Shown here piece by piece: positions 24,660 to 35,899 of a stretch of DNA of 64,000 nt; within the stretch, counting starts at the first letter, position 1; every line of letters starts with the position of its first letter. The notes under the pieces were generated by a model, which made no database searches, had not been told where the DNA came from, and saw nothing but the letters and a program-made list of their open reading frames with translations. The position numbers and the translations under genes are program-made. This DNA is from Rhina ancylostomus (taxonomy: Eukaryota). The stretch covers positions 57,416,372-57,480,371 of the forward strand of contig JARFYF010000052.1 of assembly GCA_030265395.1 (NCBI GenBank). Reading direction: 5' to 3'.

Positions 24660-25300
24660 AACAGATTACTCAATTGACATGCAGAATTCTTGTGGGGTTT
24701 GAAAGAGTAAATGCAGAATTAATGCTGTCTTGCCAGGGATGTCCAGAATCAGGAGTCACAATCTCAGAATAAATGGTCGATCATTTGGGACTGAGACAAG
24801 AAAATATTTGTTCACCCAGAGTTGTCAGAGTGTTGAGCAAAGATCAAGCTTACAGAGAACCCAAATGCAGCACACTGGTACAGGACTGGAGTCAGGATAC
24901 TTCCTCAGGACCAAACACCAGNNNNNNNNNNNNNNNNNNNNNNNNNNNNNNNNNNNNNNNNNNNNNNNNNNNNNNNNNNNNNNNNNNNNNNNNNNNNNNN
25001 NNNNNNNNNNNNNNNNNNNNNAGCATGGAATCCATGTGCTGTACAACAAGGCATCTAAGGAGCCAAATCAAGGGCCAGTACTCAGAACCATGACAAGAGT
25101 GGGAATTTCCCACCAGAGGCATCTGTGGATGTTCAGTTGCTCTGTGTATTCAAGACAGAGATTGATAGATATTTTAATATGAAGGGAATCAGGGGATATG
25201 TTGTTCCTGCAGGAAAATGACACTGAGGTAAGATATCAGCCATGATCAAATTAAATGGCAGAGTAGGTGCGAGAGGTGGAATGGCCTATCCTGCTTCTAT
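24660..25300 (+). mobile_element. CR1 3' end carrying a solo LTR insertion
   Basis: tccagaatcaggagtcacaatctcagaata...ttcacccagag, resuming after the insertion with tattcaagacagagattgatagat...ggaatggcctatcctgcttctattt. Confidence 0.75.
24823..25095 (-). mobile_element. Solo LTR with 5-bp TSD
   Basis: TGTCA at 24823 and TGACA ending 25095 are flanked by the direct repeat AGAGT (24818-24822 and 25096-25100). Confidence 0.8.
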
Positions 25301-25867
25301 TTCTCCTCTTTTAATGCTGTTATTTCACGCTAATGACTTTCAGCATTCAGAATGTTTTCTAAATGTCTTCCAGTCAATGCCACTGATACGAAGTGAAAGA
25401 GCATCCAAAGCACTCACTTACTGTGCCTGTTGCTACATGTGCCATGCCCTTGCTCTGTACTTGTATCGGTGTGCGTCTAGCTAATTTATTGAAATAGCAA
25501 CTTACTTTATCTCATTAAAATTCATCATCAAACTCATTATAAACTTAATTATCATCATTGACAACCCTTTATCTCCAGCTACAGTGTAAATCTCTGCCCT
25601 ATTCTTAAAAAAACAACTTAAAATACTAAACACGAAGGCATCAGGATGGCAGGTACAATTGGCTATTAGACTTGCCAATCAAGAAAGGAATAAAAATCAA
25701 TCAGATGTTGTGCTTTCTTATGGTCTGGGCTGGGATTTGTGCTTTTGAATAAAGAGGTGATTTGTCCATAGTAAGGTAGCCTGAAAGTACTATCCAAGTC
25801 CACACATGAACAAGTAGATGGTTGGATAGGCTACTGAAAGGTAACCACAGCCTGCTGAGCAGTACAT

Positions 25868-25994
25868 CTTTTTGAACACTCAGCTACTTGAAAGGCAATT
25901 TACAGTAGCCAATCAACCTACTAGGATATCTTTGGAATGTGGGAAGAAACCAGAGCACCCAGCAGATACCCATGCAGTCACAGAAGAGCATGTA
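25868..25994 (-). mobile_element. V-SINE core fragment, inverted partner of 27861-27987
   Basis: ctttggaatgtgggaagaaaccagagcacccagcag is the reverse complement of the V-core. Confidence 0.8.
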
Positions 25995-26217
25995 TGGATC
26001 AGCATCTTCTGAAAACTTGTTTTTTTTTACATGGCTTTTCTACTAAAGTTATTTAGAAATAACATTTTTTAAAATTAATTTTTTAAAATGATAAAGGGAG
26101 TGGCAGTACTGTAAAGGGTCTGTTAAAGTAGGGGGAAATTAATTCAAAAAGTAAGAAAATGGAAAATAACAGAAGAATTGCCAAGAATTTTTAACAAAAA
26201 CAAAGTAAGTCACATAC

Positions 26218-26320
26218 ATTATAACAATGATCACACTTCAAAAGTATTTCACTGGCTGCAAAGTGCTTTGGGATATCCTGAAGTCATGAAAAGTGCTTCA
26301 TGAATGTAAGCACTTGTTTC
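26218..26320 (+). mobile_element. DeuSINE 3' tail fragment
   Basis: cacttcaaaagtatttcactggctgcaaagtgctttgggatatcctgaagtcatgaaaagtgct. Confidence 0.6.
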
Positions 26321-27778
26321 AATTTGTCTTAAAACACAAAAAAGGGATGCAAGTGAAAACAGGAGGAAAGGAAAATTAGAAATAGCCAAATGATGAATGA
26401 AAATGAAGAAAAAAGGAAGACGTGAAGAGAATCTGAGGAAAAGTAATTGGACAATAAGTGTGGAATTTAACTGTCAGCAGAATGTTTTGGTGTATTTGAA
26501 GGGAAGCTTGATGCCTAGAGGAGAGAGCAGGAACAGAAGGATGAAGGAGTAGGGTGGGAAGAAGTAACTAGAGCAGACAATGGCATATACATTGTATTTA
26601 GTAAAATACAAACAATGGCATATACCAGATGGTGTGTAACATTTATTCCTATACTGTGTTCCATGAAAAAGAATAAAGTGGAATACAATCTGAGAGTTTG
26701 TGCCATTTTCCAGAAAGATGAAGATAATTCCACAAATTAAATTCATGCAGACCAACGCAGCAGGCTTTTAGGACTCTGCTCTGTGACTAGGGCTTTGTCT
26801 GACATTATGACATTAGAAGTTATGAATCATAGCCAGAACATGCACATACTTTGCAGCGCTAGTCACAGAGCAGACAATGTTCAACTGTCTTGTGTGTTGT
26901 GTATGGAAACAATTAAGCTGATGTCATTCACAGCCATCATTACTGTAGTAAAACTTTGCCTTTATCAGGACTGTTGCAAATGCTCTGTTGCCTCGCTAGT
27001 CCCCAAAGAGGTAACTTAAACAGTCTCTGCAGAAAGAACATTGTTTGCACTAAATACATGATTGGTGAATCTGTTTTGGTTTCAGATGAGATAACTGTCC
27101 TCTTCACTTGCATGCACATTTCATGGGTTTATCTCCTGTGTTGTATGTTTATAAACAAATGAAACTGGGTTTATCTATTTTACTTTCTGTACAGATACTA
27201 TCCACTTAATGTTCCTACATGTAGCTGCCTCAGAATAAATGCAGCTCTACTATGAAACTACAAACCCATCAAGGCTCTTTCAAAATTTAAAACGAACATA
27301 TCTCACATACTGAACCCACACACCAATATTCCAGTAGTAGAGCAGGAGATACNNNNNNAACCTGTGCAGACAATAGCTGTTTGGCCATCGTGTCTTTGCT
27401 GTCTCTTTGAAATTTGTATTTGGTCCCGTTTTCATGCTCTTTTCCTACAGTCCTGAAAACTTCTTCTTTCCAAATGCTTATTTACTTCTTTTTAGAATTA
27501 CTAATGATGCTGATTCCACCACCTGCCCACATTTGACCTTGATACAGCCCCTAGAGCATAACAGCATGTTGCATTAAAAGCAAAGTACACCCATTTCTAT
27601 TCCTACTTTGGATTCTTTTGGCAACTATCTGCATTTGGGTTTGCTGGTCAATGATCAACATGCCAATGAAAATAATTTTCTCCTGATCTTCCCCTTTAGA
27701 CCCGTTACAATGTTGAATACCTTTGTCAAATTTTCACCATCCTTTCTTTGTTCAAAGGAGAACAATCCCATCTTAAGA

Positions 27779-28110
27779 GTGACACGGTGTCACAGCAGTT
27801 AACACAGTAGTTTCTCAACTGCAGGGAACTGGGTTCGATGCTGATTTCTGACGTGGAGTTTACATGTTCTTCTGTGACTGTGTGGGCATCTGCTGGGTGT
27901 TCTGGTTTCTTCCCACATTCCAAAGATATCTCAATAGGTTGATTGGTTACTGTAAATTACCTCTTAAAGTAGCTGAGTGTCCAAAAAGAATTGGAGAGTT
28001 GATGGCCATGTGAGAGTGAATAAGTTGTAATGCGACAAGTTAAATAAAGAATAGGGGAAATGGGACTGATGGGATTACTCTGCTGGGAGCTGCATAAACC
28101 TGATGAGCCA
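27779..28110 (+). mobile_element. HE1/V-SINE
   Basis: B box gggttcgatgc, V-core gtggagtttacatgttcttctgtgactgtgtggg...ttcccacattccaaaga, and a CR1-like tail. Confidence 0.8.
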
Positions 28111-28193
28111 AATTGGGTTAAACTGTTGGTCATATTTAAGCTTCTCCAGTCTCTTCACTTAACTGAAGTCCCCTGTCCTGGATTCCCCTCTCT

Positions 28194-29326
28194 CCTCTCT
28201 CCTAGCTTGTGACATCCTTCCTATGGTGTGTTTCCAAATGTCTTCCAAAAATTTATATCCACNNNNNNNNNNNNNNNNNNNNNNNNNNNNNNNNNNNNNN
28301 NNNNNNNNNNNNNNNNNNNNNNNNNNNNNNNNNNNNNNNNNNNNNNNNNNNNNNNNNNNNNNGAATTTGAACTTTCAGTTCCAGACCACTAGTCGAAGCT
28401 TCCAGTAAACAAGTTACTCTGATACAGTACACATTTAGTTATAGATTATACTTTATCCACCACTATCAATAGTTTGGCTGGCTATACTTGTCAAGTTTAT
28501 TTCTCTCCTCAGATTTTGAAAAAACCATTCAATAATAACATCAATAACTTGCATTTATTGTTGATGATGGAACAGGGCTTGATGGGTGATTGGTGTACTA
28601 TTTTATCTAAATGTTCAGCCCACTCCATGCAAATTAACATCGTGCCTTGCTGATATGTACAGATGTCTGCTGTCCAGCAAACAGGGTCTGCAGCTAGAAA
28701 CTTGCAAGCTTAGCTTTAACACAGCAGCACTGCCCTTGTGCCTTCAGTGGCGACGTTGCCAACTCCCCAGGGAAAATAAGCCCTATGTGCTGTTCTCACA
28801 GATGCTTAGTGGACAGGCTCTCAGAGGAAGTGTCAAGGTTTCTAGGCTGACCTTTTGTTACTGAACTACATTAGAATGCTTTGGCTTGGGTTAAAGAAAC
28901 GGATATTATTGTTGGACTGCTTGGACCTTTCATAATCATGAATGTCACATGATGTAGCAAATATGTATGAAACATTAAATTCAGTGAGGTAAAGCATTCC
29001 TATTGGAGTAAACAGCCTCCAAACATAAAATTCCTTTAATTAAAATGCTAAAAGACTTAATTTCCCTAAAACTATTGATCTACAAACAAAATTGTAGGTT
29101 TGCATGGTTATGAAACACTTCTTTTCAGAATTATTTTGTTAGCACAACATTTTGGACAAATGGATCTGCTACTTGTGACTAATATTGAAATGTCATGACT
29201 GAATAATTCATTTTAGTGGGTCTATTGAGATAATAACCCAGAATTTGCTACCAACTGCCTCTCTCCTAGCTTGTGACATCCTTCCTATGGTGTGTTTCCA
29301 AATGTCTTCTGAAAATTTATATCCAC
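28194..29326 (+). repeat. 69-bp direct repeat (28194-28262 / 29258-29326)
   Basis: cctctctcctagcttgtgacatccttcctatggtgtgtttccaaatgtcttc(ca/tg)aaaatttatatccac occurs twice with 2 mismatches. Confidence 0.85.
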
Positions 29327-30949
29327 TGCATCAACTGCTCAGCTTGCAGCTTCTTTGAAGAACTCAAGCACTCTTGCCACTGACTTACATTGTTGAGGGA
29401 AACTTGCCTTTTCCAGATCTACCCTTGTGAGCACATTGTCCAAAGTCATACTGAGACAGAATAGTAAGCCCTTGCATTGTGGTAGGACCTTATGCAAAAT
29501 TATGCCATCTTTTACATGGTCCAGAACAAACTCCACCCACTTTGACAGCTAGTGAAGCCAAGCCCCTTGGCATTTCCAGCTATCAAACATCTCTGTATGT
29601 TTCTGACTGCTCTAGCAATGAACGTCGTAAATGCCAGCATTTCCTAGCAGGTTNNNNNNNNNNNNNNNNNNNNNNNNNNNNNNNNNNNNNNNNNNNNNNN
29701 NNNNNNNNNNNNNNNNNNNNNNNNNNNNNNNNNNNNNNNNNNNNNNNNNNNNNNNNNNNNNNNNNNNNNNNNNNNNNNNNNNNNNNNNNNNNNNNNNNNA
29801 ACTAAAACTGACAGTGTGATTTTTTGACCCTGTTTGAAGTGCTTCAAATGCAGAGATTTCAGCCATTATACTTCTTTCATAACTTTACTAGCACACTATA
29901 AAGACGTGTAAAAGCCCAACAATCCACTACAGCCAGATTTCAGCCCCAACCAAGTTTGAACAGTTACCTCCCACCACCCCATACCTTTATACCAGGATTG
30001 TTTTTCCAGATGCAGGAAAGATTGTAGTTATAATTTTGGACCAGCTGGGGTCACTAGAAACCCATCTGTCTCCATATTTTTACCAAAGGATGGTGTGTTA
30101 GTAATGTATGAAGGTTCCAAGGGGAAGCAAATGAATGTAAACAAAATGTGTATTTTTTTGTACATCCTTACATGTGAAGTTTGAGGTTCAGTGTTCCTGA
30201 GAACAGGTTTATGTCATCCTGGATCTAATTAGACATAAACACACAAGTATACAGGACCAGATCCTCCAATATCAGCAGCAATTCTGTAGGGAACCACTGC
30301 TCTGACCACCCTCCAATGCTTAGAACATTTCTAATATTCATATTTACACATTGCAACACCAACTTGGAATTGCATTTGGAGGTCAGGTGCCAAAGTGTCT
30401 AACCTCCTGCTTTGGAGCAGAGATCAACACCATGTCCAGTGAGGATTCCAGACTGCACTGAGCTATACTGTAGTAGGTGGATGCACTTCTCATCTGTCCC
30501 CCCTCCCTCCTCCAGCCTTCCTCTAGAAAGGTTAGTTTACAAGTGGCAATCCCCATTCATTTGAATGGGCTCATTGATTTTTATTAAAAAGGCAATTTCC
30601 AGTTAAGAATTTGTATATTTGTCTTTATTTCACTGTATATTTATGTTTTGACTTAATTTATGGTGGCCTTGTTTGTTTATAACCATGTTTATTGTCATAT
30701 TTTAATGCTTTACATAATTTCCTTTTTAAAAACGATTTAAATTGATTTTAAGTGTTTTAAATGTCTCCGAACATCAAAGTCATTTGAAAATAGTGAAAAT
30801 GCCTTTGACAGTAGTGGCCATCAGGACAAAGCTATGGACAGGGCCTCAGGTTCCACTACTAGAGGCCTGGGTAAGATTCTTGACCCATTAAACCTCGTAG
30901 GAGCATTGAAATTTAAGCCTCCTCTGCAGTGGAATCTGCAGGTACCGCG

Positions 30950-31770
30950 GTTGATTAGAAAGTGGTTTATTATTGTCACACGTACCCAGATACATTTAAA
31001 AACTTCTGTTTGCATGCCATCCAGTCAGCTCATTCCATACAAAAGATAATATATCTTTATTAGTCACATGTACATCGAAACACACGGTGAAATGCATCCG
31101 TGCATAGAACGTTCTGGGGGCAGCCTGCAAGTGTCGCCACGCTTCTGGAGCCAACATAGCATGCCCACAACTTCCTAACCCATGCGTCTCTGGAATGTGG
31201 GAGGAAACCGGAGCACCCGGAGGAAATCCATGCAGACAGAGAGTATGTACAAACTCCTTACAGACAGCAGTCGGAATTGAACCCAGGTCACTGGTGCTGA
31301 AATAGCATTACGCTAACTGCTACGCTATCGTGCCACACATAAGTACATTGAAGATACACAAAAGGAAAACAAAACAGAATGTAGAATATAGTGTTACAGT
31401 CACAGAGAAAGTGCAGTGCAGGTAGACAATTGCAAGAGCTGTGATGAGGTAGATTGAGAGATTAAGAGTTTATCTTTATCATATAAGATGTCCATTAAAG
31501 AGTCTTATAACAGTGGGAAAGAAACTGTCCTTGAGGCTGGTGGTACATGTTCTCAAGCTTTTGTATCTTCTGGAAGGGGAAGAAGAAAAGATAATGACCG
31601 GGGTCTTTGATTATGTTGACTGCTTTCCCAAGGCAGCATGAAGTGTAGACACAGTCAGTGGAGGGGAGCCTGGTTTTCATGACAGACTGGACTACATTCA
31701 CAACTCACTGTAACTTCTTGCAGTCTTGGGCAGAGCAATTGCCATACCAAGCTGTGATGAAGGGTCCAGA
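30950..31770 (-). mobile_element. Rex1/Babar LINE 3' end with a nested full-length V-SINE (about 31043-31336)
   Basis: Minus-strand ORF ...LPSTDCVYTSCCLGKAVNIIKDPGH..., with the tail tttattattgtcac at 30966. Confidence 0.75.
31043..31336 (-). mobile_element. Full-length young V-SINE
   Basis: The minus strand starts ggcacgatagcgtagcagttagcg (A box) and has B box gggttcaattcc, the V-core and the same tail as 14346-14535. Confidence 0.85.
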
Positions 31771-31859
31771 TGTGGGGAATGGATAGAATGAACTTGGTCT
31801 GACATTTGGTTGCAAGGTTCATTTTAAGTCTCACTGTATGAATCTTCCTCAAGGGTAAG

Positions 31860-32132
31860 TATTCAGCCAATGTGAAGAATAATAGGGTTAGAGGGGATCT
31901 GAGGAAAAATGTTTTCACCCAGAAGGTAGCTGCAATCTGGAATGTACTGCCTAAGTGGGTGATAAAGCAGGTATTCTCAAATAATTAAGAAATATCTGGA
32001 CAAGCACTTGATTCCCCAAGGGATAGCAGGCTATGGATGCAGGTAAATGGTATTAATATGGATGGGTGCTTGATGGTTGGTGTGCACATGGTGGGCCAAA
32101 AGACCTGTTTTGATGCCATATGATTATATGAT
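31860..32132 (+). mobile_element. CR1 3' end
   Basis: agaggggatctgaggaaaaatgttttcacccaga...gggccaaaagacctgttttgatgccatatgattatatga. Confidence 0.75.
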
Positions 32133-33449
32133 CATAATGTCCAAACAAACCAATACCACACAACAGCATGCACCAAAGGAACAAGAGTGCAGAATTTAAT
32201 TGTTAGTGTACAGGTCAGCAGACATCACAGTCCAGCTGTCTAGTGTTGTCACCAGACTGCACCAGGAATAGTACACCCAGCTCTGATTATCGAAGCATGC
32301 CAATCCCTGGAGCTGGGGAATGTCATGAGATTGATCTTAAATATTAGTGAAGGGAAGATTGAGCTACACTGAACCTTTCACCTTTGTAAAGAGGGTGCTG
32401 AAAAGTGTCTTTTTGAAGTGTGCAATGTTATTAAACTGTACGGAAAATATCAATCAAGAAACCTCATTCAATTTAAACCATGAACGTATAATACAGAAGA
32501 TAATTAGTAACATGCAAAATTAGAACTGATGTTAGGGAGACCTTCTTCACACAAAGAAGGAACAACATGTGGGTGAGGCAGCAGGGGAGAGAAATGTGGC
32601 AATTGTTTAAGGAACAATAGGATGTTATGATGACATTAGAGTGCACTGAATTGGATAGCACCAGAAACAGGCACAAGGATGTCACTCAAACTTGGTGCTC
32701 CCCGTGTATTAATATCAACCAACCAACATCCATTGAGACTCATAACATGCTCCCGCTGCACTCTCTCACTTAGCCCCACTACAAGCCTCCTACTCACACT
32801 CAGCATAACATTTCAGACTAGGTTAGAAGCAAGATTTACCAACTCCGCAGAGGAAGGACAATGGGAGATCCTCCTAGCAGCTAAACTTTAATCCTATGCA
32901 TGGGTTGAATAGCAGGGCTCTAGGGATAAAGTGAGAGAATGGGACTCACTAGATTGCTCTGCAAAGAGTAAGCACGGACCAGGTGGGCTAAATGGCTCTT
33001 CTAGAGTAATCATGACTCTGACGCTATGAGAAAATTTCCTTTGTATTATGCCAGTCATGACTGAATGTTGTCCCAAAGTGTTATGCAGTCAATAGGTACA
33101 GTAATAAACATTGTAACAGAGCTGCTCTTTAAATCACTGATAAAGGAATAAGATGAGCATAATTACCAACAAAATAATGCAATTTCAAACCACTGACTTT
33201 AGGACTTATAGCTGGAATTATTCCATTTTGTAAATGACTGTGGATTTCCATTCTAATTCTTTTCCTTTTCATTGAAAGATTTTAATTTTTTTTTGGAAAA
33301 CATCCATCAGTAAGTGAGTTAATTTCTGAATGAAAATCTTATTGTTGACTCTCACTGTGCAGATACGGAAAGACACACAATCCAATATGTGTGCAGTGAA
33401 GGGCTTGTGTTTACATATGTTCTGTCCTCTCTCCAGCTCTAAGGTAGGA

Positions 33450-33488
33450 TGAGGTGAGGTGAGGTGAGGTGAGAAGAGATGAGATGAG
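33450..33488 (+). repeat. (TGAGG)n/(TGAGA)n pentanucleotide microsatellite
   Basis: tgaggtgaggtgaggtgaggtgagaagagatgagatgag. Confidence 0.8.
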
Positions 33489-33509
33489 CGGAGATACTGA
33501 GTGGAGTTT

Positions 33510-33652
33510 TCTTTATTCGTTTACAGATGTGGGGGTTTCTGGCAAGGCCAACATTTGTTATCCATATCTAATTTCCCCGGAGATGGTGGTGCTGAGCTGC
33601 CTTCTTGAACTACTGCAATTTGCTTGGTGAAGGTCCTCCCACAGCTCTGTTG
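33510..33652 (-). mobile_element. LINE 3' end of a non-HER1 family common in chondrichthyans; clade not assigned
   Basis: gatgtggg...ggcaaggccaacatttgttatccat...gagctgccttcttgaac. A related tail lies on + at about 18465-18535. Confidence 0.55.
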
Positions 33653-34704
33653 NNNNNNNNNNNNNNNNNNNNNNNNNNNNNNNNNNNNNNNNNNNNNNNN
33701 NNNNNNNNNNNNNNNNNNNNNNNNNNNNNNNNNNNNNNNNNNNNNNNNNNNNNNNNNNNNNNNNNNNNNNNNNNNNNNNNNNNNNNNNNNNNNNNNNNNN
33801 NNNNNNNNNNNNNNNNNNNNNNNNNNNNNNNNNNNACCTGACAACAACGGGAAAGCCTGTGCACAGAATAACAAAAAGGCACTGACCAATCTAAGATCTA
33901 CTTCCAGGAATCTAATTATTTAGGAATCATTTAATCTTTATATTATTAAAAGGATGTAGAATTATTGAAGACAGTGCAAATAATATTTACTGGAATGATG
34001 GGAAGGACTAATGAGGGAGAACGGAATATACAACTATGTGATACAGTAAAATGAATAGCTGGAGGAAACTTTAGAGAGCATAAACACTGATACAGGCCAA
34101 CTGGGTCAATGGCCTTTCTGTCAGCTGGAAATGCTCTGTGTTTTATTGTAGTCCCCACTGTGGCTCAGACTAACTGACTGTGGAGTTCTAGAATTAAGTC
34201 CACATGATACAGACAGTGAGGGATGAATGTCTTTGGTCACTGTTGGTAAGTGTATATGAAAGTACTGGCTACCAATTGTACTGACCAATTGTGTATATTG
34301 GAACAGTGTAGGAGTCTGTGGACTGAGGAAAGTGGGGCATCCCTTTTGTTTTGTTTCATCTTCGAGCTCCCTCCCCCTTTCTCTGAATCTTAAATTTGCC
34401 TTATCTTTAAATTTTCCATTTCTGATATGTAGGGTTAACTCTCTCCACTGATCTGTCTCCGTTGAATATTTCAGCATTTTCTGTTTTGGTTCTAGATTTC
34501 AGAGTCACAGTATTTTGTTTTGGTATTAATTTAATGCTTCGTAACAAGCTTAAAACTTCAGCAACTATCACTATATNNNNNNNNNNNNNNNNNNNNNNNN
34601 NNNNNNNNNNNNNNNNNNNNNNNNNNNNNNNNNNNNNNNNNNNNNNNNNNNNNNNNNNNNNNNNNNNNNNNNNNNNTCACTATATTTCTGGTATACATAA
34701 AACG

Positions 34705-35255
34705 GTAGAATCTTGGAAGAATTATGACCAAAAGGAAACCATTTGTCCCATTATGTCTGTGCTGATCAATGAAAAGCTACTCGATCTAATACTACCTTTT
34801 CTCCCTTGATTCATGCCCTGCAGATCATAGTTCTTCAAGTACACTTCTAGATACTTGAATGAGTGGTTCTGCCTCATCACTCTGTCAAGCAGTGAGTTTC
34901 AAGCTCTACCATTCTCGAGGTAAAAAAATTCCTCTGATCTGCTCTCGTATCCTTTTACCAATTACATTAGATGTGTGCCCCAAGATTTGGCACCTCTCCT
35001 AAGGGAAATAAATCTTCCTACTTACTTTGTCAAGGCGACTCATAATTTTACTTAATTAAATCTCTTCTTATCCTCTTCTGTTTCAAAGAAAACAACACCA
35101 GTGTATCCAGTCTTCCCTCATGCTCAAATTTTCCAGTTCTGACAACATTGTTGCAAACTTTGCATCTTTTCCAGTACAATCAATCTTTCCTGTAAAGTGA
35201 TGACCAGAATTGTATACGTACTCAAGCTGTGGTCCAACTCGTGTTATGTACAGTT
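34705..35255 (-). mobile_element. CR1 3' end (old)
   Basis: Minus ORF LQLYITRVGPQLEYVYNSGHH resembles L.LYK.LVRP.LEYCVQFWSPH. Confidence 0.7.
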
Positions 35256-35899
35256 GTAGAGAGATGAGGAATTTCAGCTCCATTCTAACACCAGTGATAT
35301 CTCTCTGGGGGGCTGGGATCCTGACCACTGTCTACTTGTGCCTCGTGGCTCATCACATGCAGATCCTGCCTCTAATCCAATCCAAACAATTATGAAGGGT
35401 GTTATTGTCTGATTTAGTGGTTGGGAGTGCAAAACTGAATGAAGGTCTTCCCCATCATTGTCTTCTTGCTGTTGTACTATTGCATTACTAGTCTGTAGTT
35501 TGTTGCAACAGCAACAGTTGCAACAGTTGTAGCAGGAGAAAGGCACAGTGTTAGGGCTGTGGTGAGGGGAGGTGTCGTTAAAGGCAGAGGTATATGTTTT
35601 TACTATCTGGCACTGGTATATTGGAAGAGATTATTGAATGAGAAGGAAGTGGATTATTTAAAAAAAGAGATTAGTGACATGAGCATAACATCTTTCATTG
35701 TTTCAATCCCAACATTGGCCATGGCTGCTCCATTCGTGGCCAGTACAGTCTCCTCCAGGGGCCTAAGGTGATGCAGGTATCCCTGTCTCTGCAGGTTACT
35801 TGCTGTTGCCTGTGTCTTTCAGCCTGCATCCTGCAGGAGGGAGAGAAGTGTGATGTTGAATGCAATAAATGAGTGTTTGTCGTGAGTACAAGTTAAAGT

